Source: an uncultured Nitrososphaeraceae archaeon (GTDB lineage: Archaea > Thermoproteota > Nitrososphaeria > Nitrososphaerales > Nitrososphaeraceae). Taken from it: DNA of 64,000 bases. Under the pieces are notes generated by a model. The model did not search any database. It worked only from the letters and a program-made list of their open reading frames with translations, and was not told the DNA's origin. The DNA lies in contig CAVZZA010000001.1 in the NCBI GenBank assembly GCA_963779615.1, positions 608,001-672,000 on the forward strand, in the 5' to 3' direction. Below, piece by piece: positions 53,605 to 64,000 of this stretch (the stretch's first letter is position 1; each line of letters starts with the position of its first letter). The position numbers and the translations under genes were made by a program.

Positions 53605-54705
53605 TTATATGACTCCCACTTGTCTAAGCTTTTGGGGCAAATAAGTTTCCGCAAGGTATTTAAATCCATGTTTAAAAAACGCATCCAACTCGCATTTTTC
53701 CTTTTTGTTCAAGAACAGGCTAAGTTCCTTTTGCCATTGTTTCTCTTGTAACCATGGCTTTTTTTTCATATCATTAGCCCTGTTGATGTCCTCATCGGTA
53801 GCTGTCAGCCTGGCCACCTCAGGAATGTTGTATTCGTAAATGTCCGAAAACATCATTCCAAGAACTTGGGCGTTAGGAGTTACAAGTCTATCACTGTCAT
53901 AACTTAGCGATTCGCTGCCAATCTTGTACCTTAGAGCAATACCTAGTCCCCATGGGTCTGCGTCAGCAAAAACTACTACTGGCTTTTTCCAGGTTTCACT
54001 TAACATTTTTACCATTATCCTGGTTGCTCGATCGGGTTCACCTGACCCGGTCAATAGGATGGCGTTATATTTTTGAATGAACCCAGATTTTCGGATATTG
54101 TTTAAAACAGTGTCCTTTTCTACAACCATCACAAAGTCCGCCTTTACATCGTCTATTTGTACATCTCCAATATTTGTGGGAATAAGTTGGGATGTGGATC
54201 TGCTTCCCAAATTACAATCAATTATGTCGCCGCCAACTCTCAATTTTATTGGCCCAGAAATCATCCCTTTTGGTTTGGATGTTACAGAAAACTCTTCTCG
54301 TGGTATACCGGTCAATAACTCGACAGCTTTGATGGCGTCATCTGAATTGTCTTGATTGTTCCAGAACTTTTGCTTGTTTTTTTCATCACCGACATTACTA
54401 AGAGTGGCATAGTACATTCCTCTTATGGTACTTTCCATGTCTTCGTCGAGCAGTTTTTTTATTGCGTTTGCCATGACAAGGTATTGCGCAAATGTGGGGA
54501 TCCTTTTTATACTGTCTGGACTGACTTCAATTTTTTTATCCCCTATGGTAAGCATTCTTTTTTCATTAGACCACACGGTGTTATCATATCCTACTTTTGG
54601 CAGGTCTAAGATCGGCATTTGTTTTTGAATAATCACATCCTCAGAGATTTTTTTCATCATTTTTTTAATTATGAGTATAAATTCATTTTTTTTCTCCGAT
54701 GACAA
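53605..54705 (-). CDS. top6A: DNA topoisomerase VI subunit A
   Basis: TIRGMYY, VVEKD, DADPWG, ELDA (Spo11/TOPRIM motifs). Confidence 0.95.
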   Translation of the reverse strand: MSSEKKNEFILIIKKMMKKISEDVIIQKQMPILDLPKVGYDNTVWSNEKRMLTIGDKKIEVSPDSIKRIPTFAQYLVMANAIKKLLDEDMESTIRGMYYATLSNVGDEKNKQKFWNNQDNSDDAIKAVELLTGIPREEFSVTSKPKGMISGPIKLRVGGDIIDCNLGSRSTSQLIPTNIGDVQIDDVKADFVMVVEKDTVLNNIRKSGFIQKYNAILLTGSGEPDRATRIMVKMLSETWKKPVVVFADADPWGLGIALRYKIGSESLSYDSDRLVTPNAQVLGMMFSDIYEYNIPEVARLTATDEDINRANDMKKKPWLQEKQWQKELSLFLNKKEKCELDAFFKHGFKYLAETYLPQKLRQVGVI

Positions 54706-54717
54706 ATATGATATAGC

Positions 54718-57036
54718 TTATTTTATTTTTCCTTTATTTACCCTTCTCTGATAATAGTCCAATGTGGAGTGAGCATCACTAGCTTTGATTTTTTTCCTAT
54801 TATTGATTTTCGCTTTTTTCCCGGGGTTTTTTCCCAGGGGTTTTTTGAACACACGCTGACTAGCTTTTGATACCGGTTTTTCGGGGACCTTGTTTTCATT
54901 ATTTTTATTGCTACTTTCCTTTATTTTCGATTTATCCTTGGGGGAGGGAGAAGAGGAAGGGGAAGGGGAAGGAGTGAACGGTGTGCTGGAGGGAATTTGA
55001 TTATATATGGATAACCTGTGTTTTGATTCGGTATTTTTGCTATTTGCAACGTCTGTTTTGGAGGCACTACTTGAAATGGTTGATTTATCTTTTTTTCCAG
55101 AATTTGGGGATATTGAAGATGGGGATGCATAAGAATCAGAGCCGGAAGCAGAAAAGCCGGGCTCATCACCAACACTATCGGCATTTGGTTTTTTTGTCAG
55201 GTGTTTTTCTATTAGTGAGGAGAAAGACTCATTCAATTTGGAGTTTTTAATGCCTAATGAATCCGTTATTGCCTCCACTATGAACGGTAGATAATGTTTG
55301 TATAATTTCATTTTGTTTTCTGCCTCCTTCATCTTGAGTTCCTTTCTTATCTGTGTACTTAGTTTTCGATAAAGTTCCGAAAGACAGGATTTCATGTAGT
55401 ATTTTAATTCACCTTCAGAAGCGATACTTTCTTTACCTGCGGTTTTATAGGGTATTTTCGTAGAGCAAACATGAAAGAAAATATGTATTGGCAAAACTTC
55501 AATGACACGATCCCTTTTTGATTCTTTGTTGTTGGTAGAGAACTGCTCTTTAGCTTGTTTTTTGGTGATGCCCATTTTATTTATTTCCACTTCTGACACC
55601 ACCTCTCTTGCTACATCAGATCCTTCGTCATAAAGAAGGGGTATTTTATTGGCAAATCGGTACAATTTAAAAGAGTTTATGTCTCCACCATATGCCAACC
55701 CGGTCTCTATAATTGTTGGCCTGTTATTTATTATTCCAGTTCTTGAAGTATATGCAGTAAGAACTGGTTGTAGTACTTTAACAGAAAAGTTGGACTTGGA
55801 TGCACTATTGTTGTTTGTTTCAATATTTGAGATGTTTTTTTCATCACTGTTGTAATTACCTGCTTTTTTGGCCTGGTCTGTCAACGCCCTATCATGGTTG
55901 CTGGTGCCAGAAGGTGAATTGTCGCTATTTTTATTAGAAACAATGGTATATTCAGACATCATTCCGATTGTAAGAATTTCCTGGCCAATTGGGCTTAGAT
56001 GATCGGTATTAGGATTTTGGAATTTTGTTTTTTTACAAATGTTTACAATTTTTATGAGATCGTGTTCACTAAAATTAGCGTTAGCTTTCTTTAATTCCAT
56101 GTCCAAATCTGCATTCGATAAAATCTCTTTCGCTTTATCGTATGAAAGCTTTTGAAAAGAGGAACACAATATTTTTGGCAGCGTTATCTTCTGCCCCGAA
56201 AATTTTGAAATAGCCTTTTTCAGTGTTTGCAGATCCATGTCAGATGGGTGCGGTAAAATTTCCTGGGCTGGCGCAGGCATTATGGAAGTCCGCCTGTCAA
56301 AAGAAAAAACCCCGTCATCTGTTTCAAATGTTATGAAAGCATAAGGGTTTACAATACTCGTTTGTGTGACATAATCATAAATTTTGTTTTTAGTGATTGG
56401 TACAAGTCTTGCTCTCAAAATAACCTGTATTATAAATCCAGACCGTCCTTCTATTCGAGAGTCAGGTTTGTTTACTGATTTTTTTGACAAAACTATGGGC
56501 TTGTTAGTTCCAATATCGGTTCTCAGTTCAAAATAATACTCATCAGACTCTTCTGTTGACTTACTCCAAACCTTGATTGGAAAATCCGTATCCTTGGTTG
56601 AAAAGGCCGCAACCATTTTCAACCCTACCCCAAAAAGTCCTCGTTGTTGTTTTTCCATGTATTTTGCAGATGTTAAAAAAGAACAAACAGCAACAGGCAA
56701 TTTGTCTGAAGATATACCGGTTCCGTTATCTTCACAATACAGTGTCCAAAGATCATTGGATTGATCGAATGATTTTAATGAGATTTTGATCGAAGGCAAA
56801 ATTGAAAAGACTTCACAAGAGTCTAAAGCGTTTTCTATCAGTTCTCTTACCGCCATATATAATATGCGCTCTCCCGAAAAACCGGCTAAAGCTGAATTAT
56901 CAACAAAGAATTCTGATTCCGCTTTTTTATTGTAAATTATTTTGTGTTCTTCTTTTTGGTGGGATGGTTGTTGGTTATTTTGGGGTTTTTGTTGGTCGGG
57001 TTTCAGAACGGCTGTGACGGGTTTAAGAGATTTCAA
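54718..57036 (-). CDS. top6B: DNA topoisomerase VI subunit B
   Basis: ELIENALD, EDNGTGI, QQRGLFGVG, RFANKIPLLY, STKIPYKTAGKE. Confidence 0.95.
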   Translation of the reverse strand: MKSLKPVTAVLKPDQQKPQNNQQPSHQKEEHKIIYNKKAESEFFVDNSALAGFSGERILYMAVRELIENALDSCEVFSILPSIKISLKSFDQSNDLWTLYCEDNGTGISSDKLPVAVCSFLTSAKYMEKQQRGLFGVGLKMVAAFSTKDTDFPIKVWSKSTEESDEYYFELRTDIGTNKPIVLSKKSVNKPDSRIEGRSGFIIQVILRARLVPITKNKIYDYVTQTSIVNPYAFITFETDDGVFSFDRRTSIMPAPAQEILPHPSDMDLQTLKKAISKFSGQKITLPKILCSSFQKLSYDKAKEILSNADLDMELKKANANFSEHDLIKIVNICKKTKFQNPNTDHLSPIGQEILTIGMMSEYTIVSNKNSDNSPSGTSNHDRALTDQAKKAGNYNSDEKNISNIETNNNSASKSNFSVKVLQPVLTAYTSRTGIINNRPTIIETGLAYGGDINSFKLYRFANKIPLLYDEGSDVAREVVSEVEINKMGITKKQAKEQFSTNNKESKRDRVIEVLPIHIFFHVCSTKIPYKTAGKESIASEGELKYYMKSCLSELYRKLSTQIRKELKMKEAENKMKLYKHYLPFIVEAITDSLGIKNSKLNESFSSLIEKHLTKKPNADSVGDEPGFSASGSDSYASPSSISPNSGKKDKSTISSSASKTDVANSKNTESKHRLSIYNQIPSSTPFTPSPSPSSSPSPKDKSKIKESSNKNNENKVPEKPVSKASQRVFKKPLGKNPGKKAKINNRKKIKASDAHSTLDYYQRRVNKGKIK

Positions 57037-57560
57037 ATATAATATGTAGACACCTTATTTGATTTAATCGTTATTTATCTATGTTAGAGGTAAGAAAGTT
57101 ATAAAGAATCAGAATCAGTCAATTTGTGAGCCATATGGGGTTGAAGAGTTTTTTAATTCCTTTATAGTATCGGGCAGTATTTCTATCAAATAGCGTTTTT
57201 TTTGCTTTTGTACCACAACATAGTCGGATCCCGTGCCCACTACACATGCCTCCATCAAATTTTTTATTTTCAACTAATTTAAAAATATCTTGCATATATT
57301 TTTGGCTTTCTTTTTTCTGTTTTGATCTGTTTGTTTTTTTTGTGGTTGAATTAAACGGGTACTTCAGCAACAATATCTTTTTCTTTGGGCGCAAGGGTCT
57401 GTGGATTGCATGTATTTTTGGCTTTGATTTTTTTAAAACAAAAAGCGAGTTGCTTATCGCGTTACCAAGTTCTTTTTTTTAACGTTTGTATGAATATTGG
57501 ATAATGTTGCTGCTGTTATTGATTTTATGGAACTGAATCTTGTGCATGCATGCATGCAAG

Positions 57561-57603
57561 CGTCTAAAAATAAGAAAAAAAAATTGAGTTATGCGGCAAA
57601 GCA
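57561..57603. mobile_element. Partial third copy of the second MITE family
   Basis: CGTCTAAAAA...TTGAGTTATGCGGCAAAGCA matches the element end. Confidence 0.6.
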
Positions 57604-58030
57604 GAAGAGAATTTAAAAAGTAAAAGATCATAATATGACATATGGATGCAAAGTGCTTTAATTGCAATAATAAAGCAAATTTTGACATTGAAAAAAATAT
57701 AATAATTTGCAAAAGGTGCGATATAGAAATTGATTATGACAAATACATAGAAGCCATGAAAGAAAAAGCATTGAGTTTGGCAGATGACCTTCAAAGTAGT
57801 TGGGATAAACCAGGGTTTTAAAATGGATTCCATTTTTTATCGAGGTGCATTATCTGTCTGAATTGTTCTCTGTTGCCACAATTGTTGAATCCTAAATGAC
57901 ATGCGAAACATATTCAACACATAGTCAGTTTTTTGGCATGATGGCTTTTCACGCCCGGACACCCCATGACGACATGCAAAAAAACATTTAGCAAGGTTAA
58001 TTAAGGCTGAAAATTTATTTATACTATACT

Positions 58031-58426
58031 TTGGTAGAGTTTAAAGTAGTTGTTTCAGATTCTAATGGTATTAGTATTAGTCAGGAAATTAAAGACAAAA
58101 GCGCACAGCCTTTGTTAGGCTCCAAATTGGGTGATATTATAGACTCATCGGTTTTTGGATTCAAAGACGGAAGGATAAAGTTAACCGGTGGTAGCGACAA
58201 GTCCGGCACTCCAATGCGTTCGGATCTTCATGGGGGCTCAAAAAAATACATCCTCATGACAACAGGTGTAGGCTTAAGAAACATGGAACTTGGTGGAAGA
58301 AAAAGAAAACTAGTTAGGGGAAATTTAATTACTGAAGAAATCTATCAGTTAAACTGCCAACTACTAGATTCGACATTGCCTGAAAAAGAGAAACCTGAAA
58401 TTACTCAAACCGCAGACAATAAGTAA
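58031..58426 (+). CDS. rps6e: 30S ribosomal protein S6e
   Basis: KLTGGSDKSGTPMR, RKRKLVRGN. Confidence 0.95.
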   Translation: MVEFKVVVSDSNGISISQEIKDKSAQPLLGSKLGDIIDSSVFGFKDGRIKLTGGSDKSGTPMRSDLHGGSKKYILMTTGVGLRNMELGGRKRKLVRGNLITEEIYQLNCQLLDSTLPEKEKPEITQTADNK

Positions 58427-58520
58427 AAGACTTTATATTTTTACAGCCTGCATGTCTATCCGATGGCCAAGAATTTGATTTTAAGTAAATTAATATTTGT
58501 AAGAAAAAATACAAACAATA

Positions 58521-59783
58521 TTGCACTGGAAGGATACTTTACCTGAATGGTATATTCAAAAATATGGATATCAACCATGTATAAACATTGGCACATCAGG
58601 ACATGTAGATCACGGTAAAACTACATTAATAGAAGCTATTACGGGAGTTTGGACAAGCGGACATAGTGAAGAACTTAGACGGGGAATTACCATTAAAGTT
58701 GGATATGCAGACGCTGCCTTTTACAAATGTCAAAATTGCGAACCGCCTTCTAACTATTCAGTCCAGCCAAAATGTAACTTGTGTGACTCTGATGCGCAGC
58801 TAACCAGGGTGGTTAGCTTTGTAGATTCCCCTGGCCACGAAAGTTTGATGGCCAATATGCTTTCGGGTGGTGCTCTAATGGATGGGTCTATACTGGTTAT
58901 TGCTGCAAATGAAAAAGTTCCTCAACCTCAAACTAGAGAACATCTGTTAGCATTACAAGTGCTGGGAATAAATAACATTGTAATTGTTCAAAATAAGGTA
59001 GACTTGGTGGAGAAAGAAAAGGCGGTAGAAAACTATAATCAAATTATAGAATTTGTAAGTGGAAGTGTGGCGGAAAAGGCTCCTATAATACCAATCTCCG
59101 CTCAACATAGGGTGAATATTGATGTATTAATTGAAAACATCGAAAAACACATCCCCACGCCTGAAAGAATCAATAATAATACTGGAATAATGCATATCTT
59201 AAGATCGTTTGATATCAACAAACCCGGTACCCCCATAAAGAATATCAAAGGGGGGGCGCTAGGAGGGGCACTGATCCAAGGAGAATTTGAAACTGGTGGC
59301 GAAATAGAAATCCTTCCGGGCATTTATAATGAAAAAAAGAACAAATATGAACCCATTTTCTCTGAAATTGCGTCATTGGCTACTGGAGCTGGCATAGTGG
59401 ATAAGGTAAAACCAGGGGGATTGGTCGCAATTGGCTCAAAGTTGGATCCGTCCTTCATTAAAAGTGATTCTCTAATAGGGTCAGTTATTGGAAAGCCCAA
59501 CTCATTGCCAGATACAGTTGAGGAAATATCCATTGACATCAATTTATTTGACACTGCAGTAGGAACACAGGACATGGTAAAAGTTGACCCCATAAAAAAT
59601 AAGGAAAACCTTAGACTAAACATTGGGACAGCGGTAACAACAGGAACTGTTACAGGCTCAAAAAACCAAAGAATTGAAATAAGGGTAAAAAAACCCGTTT
59701 GTTTAATGCAAAAAAGCAAGGTAGCAATAAGTAGAAGGATAGCAGACAGGTGGAGATTGATTGGAGCCGGAACAACCGTATAG
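58521..59783 (+). CDS. eif2g: Translation initiation factor 2 subunit gamma
   Basis: GHVDHGKT, RGITIK, Zn ribbon, DSPGHE, NKVD, RWRLIG. Confidence 0.97.
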   Translation: MHWKDTLPEWYIQKYGYQPCINIGTSGHVDHGKTTLIEAITGVWTSGHSEELRRGITIKVGYADAAFYKCQNCEPPSNYSVQPKCNLCDSDAQLTRVVSFVDSPGHESLMANMLSGGALMDGSILVIAANEKVPQPQTREHLLALQVLGINNIVIVQNKVDLVEKEKAVENYNQIIEFVSGSVAEKAPIIPISAQHRVNIDVLIENIEKHIPTPERINNNTGIMHILRSFDINKPGTPIKNIKGGALGGALIQGEFETGGEIEILPGIYNEKKNKYEPIFSEIASLATGAGIVDKVKPGGLVAIGSKLDPSFIKSDSLIGSVIGKPNSLPDTVEEISIDINLFDTAVGTQDMVKVDPIKNKENLRLNIGTAVTTGTVTGSKNQRIEIRVKKPVCLMQKSKVAISRRIADRWRLIGAGTTV

Positions 59784-59794
59784 ATCAAATTAAA

Positions 59795-60223
59795 ATGGAA
59801 ATCATTTGCGATACAAGTTTTTTAATGGTTTTATGCTACGAACCGGTCAAGAATATTGATTTCCTGGCCTCAAAATTTGGAAAAACAACATTCCTTGTTT
59901 ACTCAAAAGTTCTCAAAGAATTAACACAAATAAAACACCATGGCAATATAAAAAGATCAAAAATAGCAAATTTGGCTTTAGAGGTGATAAATAAAGAAAC
60001 AGAAAATAGCAATTTTAAATACATCATGGACAATGAAAGCAAAAATCTGCTTTGTGGGGTGGACTCATATCTGCTGACATTGTCACTACAAAAAAAATGT
60101 CCATTAGCAACAATAGATAAGATTTTGATGAGGCGGGCACTGGGTAGGGGCGCAGATATAATTACTTTAAAAAACAACAAAATTCTTTTTCTCCACTCCA
60201 ATATCAGACCTAATCAAACTTAA
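59795..60223 (+). CDS. PIN-domain protein (Fcf1/Utp24-like)
   Basis: IICDTSFLM, VLKEL, LATID; usual neighbour of aIF2-gamma. Confidence 0.85.
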   Translation: MEIICDTSFLMVLCYEPVKNIDFLASKFGKTTFLVYSKVLKELTQIKHHGNIKRSKIANLALEVINKETENSNFKYIMDNESKNLLCGVDSYLLTLSLQKKCPLATIDKILMRRALGRGADIITLKNNKILFLHSNIRPNQT

Positions 60224-60248
60224 ATTATCCCAAAGCCATTTTTCCTAT

Positions 60249-60908
60249 ATGTTAGAAATTGGCGGCATAAATATACGATGGAATGGGCATGATGGCTACA
60301 GATTAAAAACAGAGGATGCAACAATATACATCGATCCTTTCAAGTTGATTCAAGAGTACGATAATAAGAAAGACGCAGACTTGATTTTTATCACCCACAA
60401 TCATTTTGACCATCTGAGCATAAAAGACATTGATAATGTAATAAACAACAACACAAAAATAATTTGTCCCCATGAATGTTTAGAAATACTAAATAAAAAC
60501 TATGGCGAAAACGAGATTGTCCCCCTTAAACCTCAAGACAACATAGTGATCAAAAACGTAAAAATAGAGGCAGTAAAGGCTTATAACACAAATAAAGACT
60601 TTCACCCAAAAGAAGACAACAAAATTGGATTTATCATAGACATAAACAATTTGAAGGTTTACCATACCGGTGACACGGATAGAATCCCGGAAATGGACAG
60701 CGTTAATCCAGACATAGCATTCGTACCTGTGTCAGGAACATATGTAATGACTGCTGAAGAAGCTGCTAAAGCCGTAAACGAATCAATCAAACCCAAAAAG
60801 ATCGCAATACCAATGCATTATAACTCAATTGTGGGTACGATCAAAGACGCAGACACATTTTGCAGCATGGTAAATGTTTGCAAAACAGAAATATTGAATG
60901 CAGAATAA
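60249..60908 (+). CDS. Metallo-beta-lactamase fold hydrolase
   Basis: THNHFDH, YHTGDT, IPMHY. Confidence 0.92.
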   Translation: MLEIGGINIRWNGHDGYRLKTEDATIYIDPFKLIQEYDNKKDADLIFITHNHFDHLSIKDIDNVINNNTKIICPHECLEILNKNYGENEIVPLKPQDNIVIKNVKIEAVKAYNTNKDFHPKEDNKIGFIIDINNLKVYHTGDTDRIPEMDSVNPDIAFVPVSGTYVMTAEEAAKAVNESIKPKKIAIPMHYNSIVGTIKDADTFCSMVNVCKTEILNAE

Positions 60909-60991
60909 GAGTGATCTACAAAAAACTTGAGCATTATAAAGAAATATTAAATAAGAAAGTTCAGAAAAATAGAGGAAAAGTGTGATAGGCA

Positions 60992-63813
60992 ATGGCAGGA
61001 AGAGAATCCTTAAAGTTAGGAAAAGATCGGGGTATTAAAACAAAATATTTGTTAGTAATTGTAATAATATGCTTATCCTTTTCAGTTGCATTTATTTTAA
61101 GAGCGTATCCGATTAAATATGGATTTTACTTAAATGAGTTTGACCCTTTTTTTGACTTCAGAGCTACTCAATACATTGTTGACAATGGATTAACTGCGTA
61201 TTTCAACTGGCATGACCACATGTCGTGGTACCCTGAGGGCAGAGATATAGCAACGACGTCGCAGTCTGGTTTACATATAACGGCAGCAGTTCTTTACAAA
61301 ATTTTTGGCATGAATATGCCATTGTTGGATTTTACCATCTGGTTTCCAGTAATAATAGGATCTGCATCCACAATACTGATGTTTTTGCTAGTGAGATCCA
61401 TAACAGGCAGCAACATTCCAGGACTAATCGCATCGGTTTTTTTTGCAGTGAGCCCTGCAATTATTCAAAGAGGAAATTTGGGTTGGTTTAAATCGGAACC
61501 ATTAGGAATTTTTTATGGTTTAGGGGGCTCATACCTATTCATTTCTGCATTAAAAGAGAAGAAGTATAAATTTTTAATCCCAAAAGCAGTTTTTAGTGGA
61601 GTGATGTTGGGATTGGCCGCGGCATCATGGGGTGGTTCGCAATATTTTGTCATCCCAATAGCAATTTTCATATTCATACTTGCATTTGTTTCAAAAGACC
61701 TCAAAAACCCCCTCTTGGTATCCGTGCTGTTCACAACATCAATTTTGCTGGTGGCATTAGCCTTTCCAAGGCCAGGGACATCTTTCGTCTTTGGATTACC
61801 GGGAATTTTATTGATGGGAAGCACTGCCTTTTTATTTGTATCAACCCTAATAAAGAAAAAAGCTCTGAAAGAACAGCCATCAGAAATACGGCCATAGTGT
61901 TTGTTATTTTTATTATCATAGGATTCGCAATAATTTCTAGCGGCCTGTATAAAACCCCCTCATTCAGGTACCTTAACGCAATAAACCCATTCATATCCTC
62001 GCAAAACAAACTGGTAGAATCAGTTGCAGAACACTCTACCCCTACAATAGTGGATTATTTTAGGCAGTTCTCTATTTTAATAATTTTTTCAGGTCTGGGG
62101 GCGTGGGTTGCATTTAAAAATAAAAATAATACCACAATGATTTTTGCATTGATAATAGGCTTAACTGGGATTTACATTAGTGCAACTTTTGCTAGACTGC
62201 TGGTTTTCGCATCTATTGGTATGGTAATTCTGTCAAGCATAGGAATTTATGAGGCAGTTAGGAGCATAACGTCGATTAGAAGGGACACAGAAAAACAGAG
62301 TATTGGGCCTGTTCAGAGTGGTGCAAAATCATCGGCAAAGAGCATAAAATCAAAAAAACATATTTTTGCATACATCGCATTTTCTTCTATCTTGATTGTC
62401 ATGCTAACTATACCAATGGTGTATGACAAGAATACAAACTGGATATCTTCTGCAGACGTGCCTACATCAATTTCCAATGGTGGCACAAACTACAGGCTAA
62501 CAACAAACGATTGGATAGATACTCTGGATTGGATGTCAAAGAATACGCCCAAGAATTCAACAATAGCGTCATGGTGGGACTATGGGTATTGGATAACAGC
62601 TCTTGGAAACAGAACGTCATTGGCAGATAATGCGACAATTAATCAAACAAGAATTGAAACAATAGCGAAAATGTTTATAAGCCCTGAAGAAGACGGATGG
62701 AAACTAGCGAAAAATCTGAAAGCTGATTATATTTTAATATATGTAGTTGGGCAAAAACTGCCTGCTTCAGATCCCACCAGTAAAAGCCCCATCTTTGTAC
62801 TGGGAAGCGGCGGAGACGAAAGTAAAAAACATTGGTTTATCAGGATAGGGGGGTTTAACGAAACAGATTATTTGGAATCCAATGGGGATGCACCAAAACA
62901 AAAGTTCTGGGATTCGCTTATAGGTCACATGATGCCTTTTAAGCCAATAGGAAATTACAATCCAAATACCGGATCAATATCCCCAACCTTTGAGCCAAAC
63001 ACGATTCCCTTTTACATGAAAGACATAAAGTATCCTAAAGGAAATTCATCGCAACCACTTACGTTAGAATACGCCTCAAAGAGTTTTGAGAGCAATGATC
63101 CAGGATTATTTTTCGGAGTGTTGTTGTACAAAGTAAACCCCAATTATGCCTTTGACATGCATCAACAACAACAAACCGCCACTTCGGAAAACCCACTGGA
63201 AAACAACACCAAAAAAGTACCAGCATCGTCATCTGAAACAATATCGAAACCAACTGAAAATAACAAATCTAATATTATCAACAGCAGCAACGGATTAACA
63301 GATAACATGACCGCAAGTAATTCTAACAATGCGACAGCCACTGTTGAAACAACACAAGGTCCAATTAAAATACAATTTTTCCCAAATGCAGCTCCAAAAC
63401 ATGTCAAAAACTTCCAGGATTTGGCTAAAAAGGGATTTTATGACGGAGTAGTCTTTCACAGATTGGTGAAAGGTTTTGTTATACAGGCAGGTGACCCTAA
63501 TACCAAGAATGATAGCAATAGAGAGGCATGGGGAACAGGGGGACCGGGGTACACAATAAACCAAGAGTTTAGCAACATTTCTCATGAAAGGGGAATAGTT
63601 TCTATGGCACGAACAATGGATCCCAATAGTGCAGGTTCGCAGTTTTTCATCGTATTGAATGACTCAAAGTTTTTAGATAATCAATACACCGTGTTTGGAA
63701 AAGTGGTAGAAGGAATGGATGTGGTGAACAAAATAGCCAACTCTGCAACCAACACAATGGACCAGCCCAGTGATCCAAATTTGGCACGCATAAATAAAAT
63801 AACCATTCCATAA
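60992..63813 (+). CDS. aglB: Oligosaccharyltransferase AglB (STT3) fused to a C-terminal cyclophilin; one-base frameshift at the A-run about 61856-61861
   Basis: EFDPFF, SVAEH, WWDYG, DESK; then FYDGVVFHRLVKGFVIQAGDP, SMAR, SAGSQFFI, YTVFGKVVEGMDVV in the same frame. Confidence 0.92.
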
Positions 63814-63827
63814 CTAATTTATTTATT

Positions 63828-64000
63828 TTATTTTGAAATCAACCCGTAATAGATGAAGGGTAAAACTGTACTAACATCCGCGTGAATGGTGATTTGTTTT
63901 GCCTCACTTGTAACCTTTCCCCACGAAATAGCTTCTGCGACAAGGGCCCCACTTAAGCTTCCGTCCCATTCAGAGGATGTGGTGATATACACAGCATAGT
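63828..64000 (-). CDS. dys: Deoxyhypusine synthase, C-terminal part (runs off the window)
   Basis: YAVYITTSSEWDGSLSGALVAEAISWGKV. Confidence 0.9.
   Translation of the reverse strand, partial: YAVYITTSSEWDGSLSGALVAEAISWGKVTSEAKQITIHADVSTVLPFIYYGLISK

Noticed and set aside
56802-57833. Several short ORFs between top6B and rps6e
   Set aside because: Low-complexity AT-rich frames overlapping each other and a MITE relic, with no coding signature.

Overview
AT-rich archaeal DNA, most likely from a soil ammonia-oxidising archaeon (Nitrososphaeraceae, Nitrosocosmicus-like; inferred from gene content). The left ~40 kb is an accessory metal-handling island ending at an intron-containing tRNA-Lys(UUU). 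It holds two inverted cbtBA cobalt-transporter copies, four paralogues of a Cys-less 'IPxEGHH' cupredoxin-like family, a GC-rich two-domain multicopper oxidase, a PQQ-dehydrogenase/cupredoxin fusion, several families of secreted His-rich proteins, two wHTH + small-membrane-protein pairs, IS6/IS630 remnants, MITEs and pseudogenes. The right ~24 kb is mostly core genes (Rad3/DinG helicase, SelB-like factor, DEAD-box helicase, topoisomerase VI, S6e, aIF2-gamma, AglB-cyclophilin fusion, deoxyhypusine synthase). Two signals are not explained by the ORF track. (1) A three-copy non-coding unit (TATA box, TTAGG-N4-CCTAA DtxR/MntR-type operator, then a ~190-nt region with a covarying hairpin), a candidate metal-repressed small RNA; a similar operator precedes the cupredoxin-MCO operon. 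(2) Dispersed copies of the tRNA-Lys 3' end joined to a common GTGATTCAAAA junction, suggesting serial integration at that tRNA. All calls were made by eye without database searches, and several single-base frameshifts may be sequencing errors.
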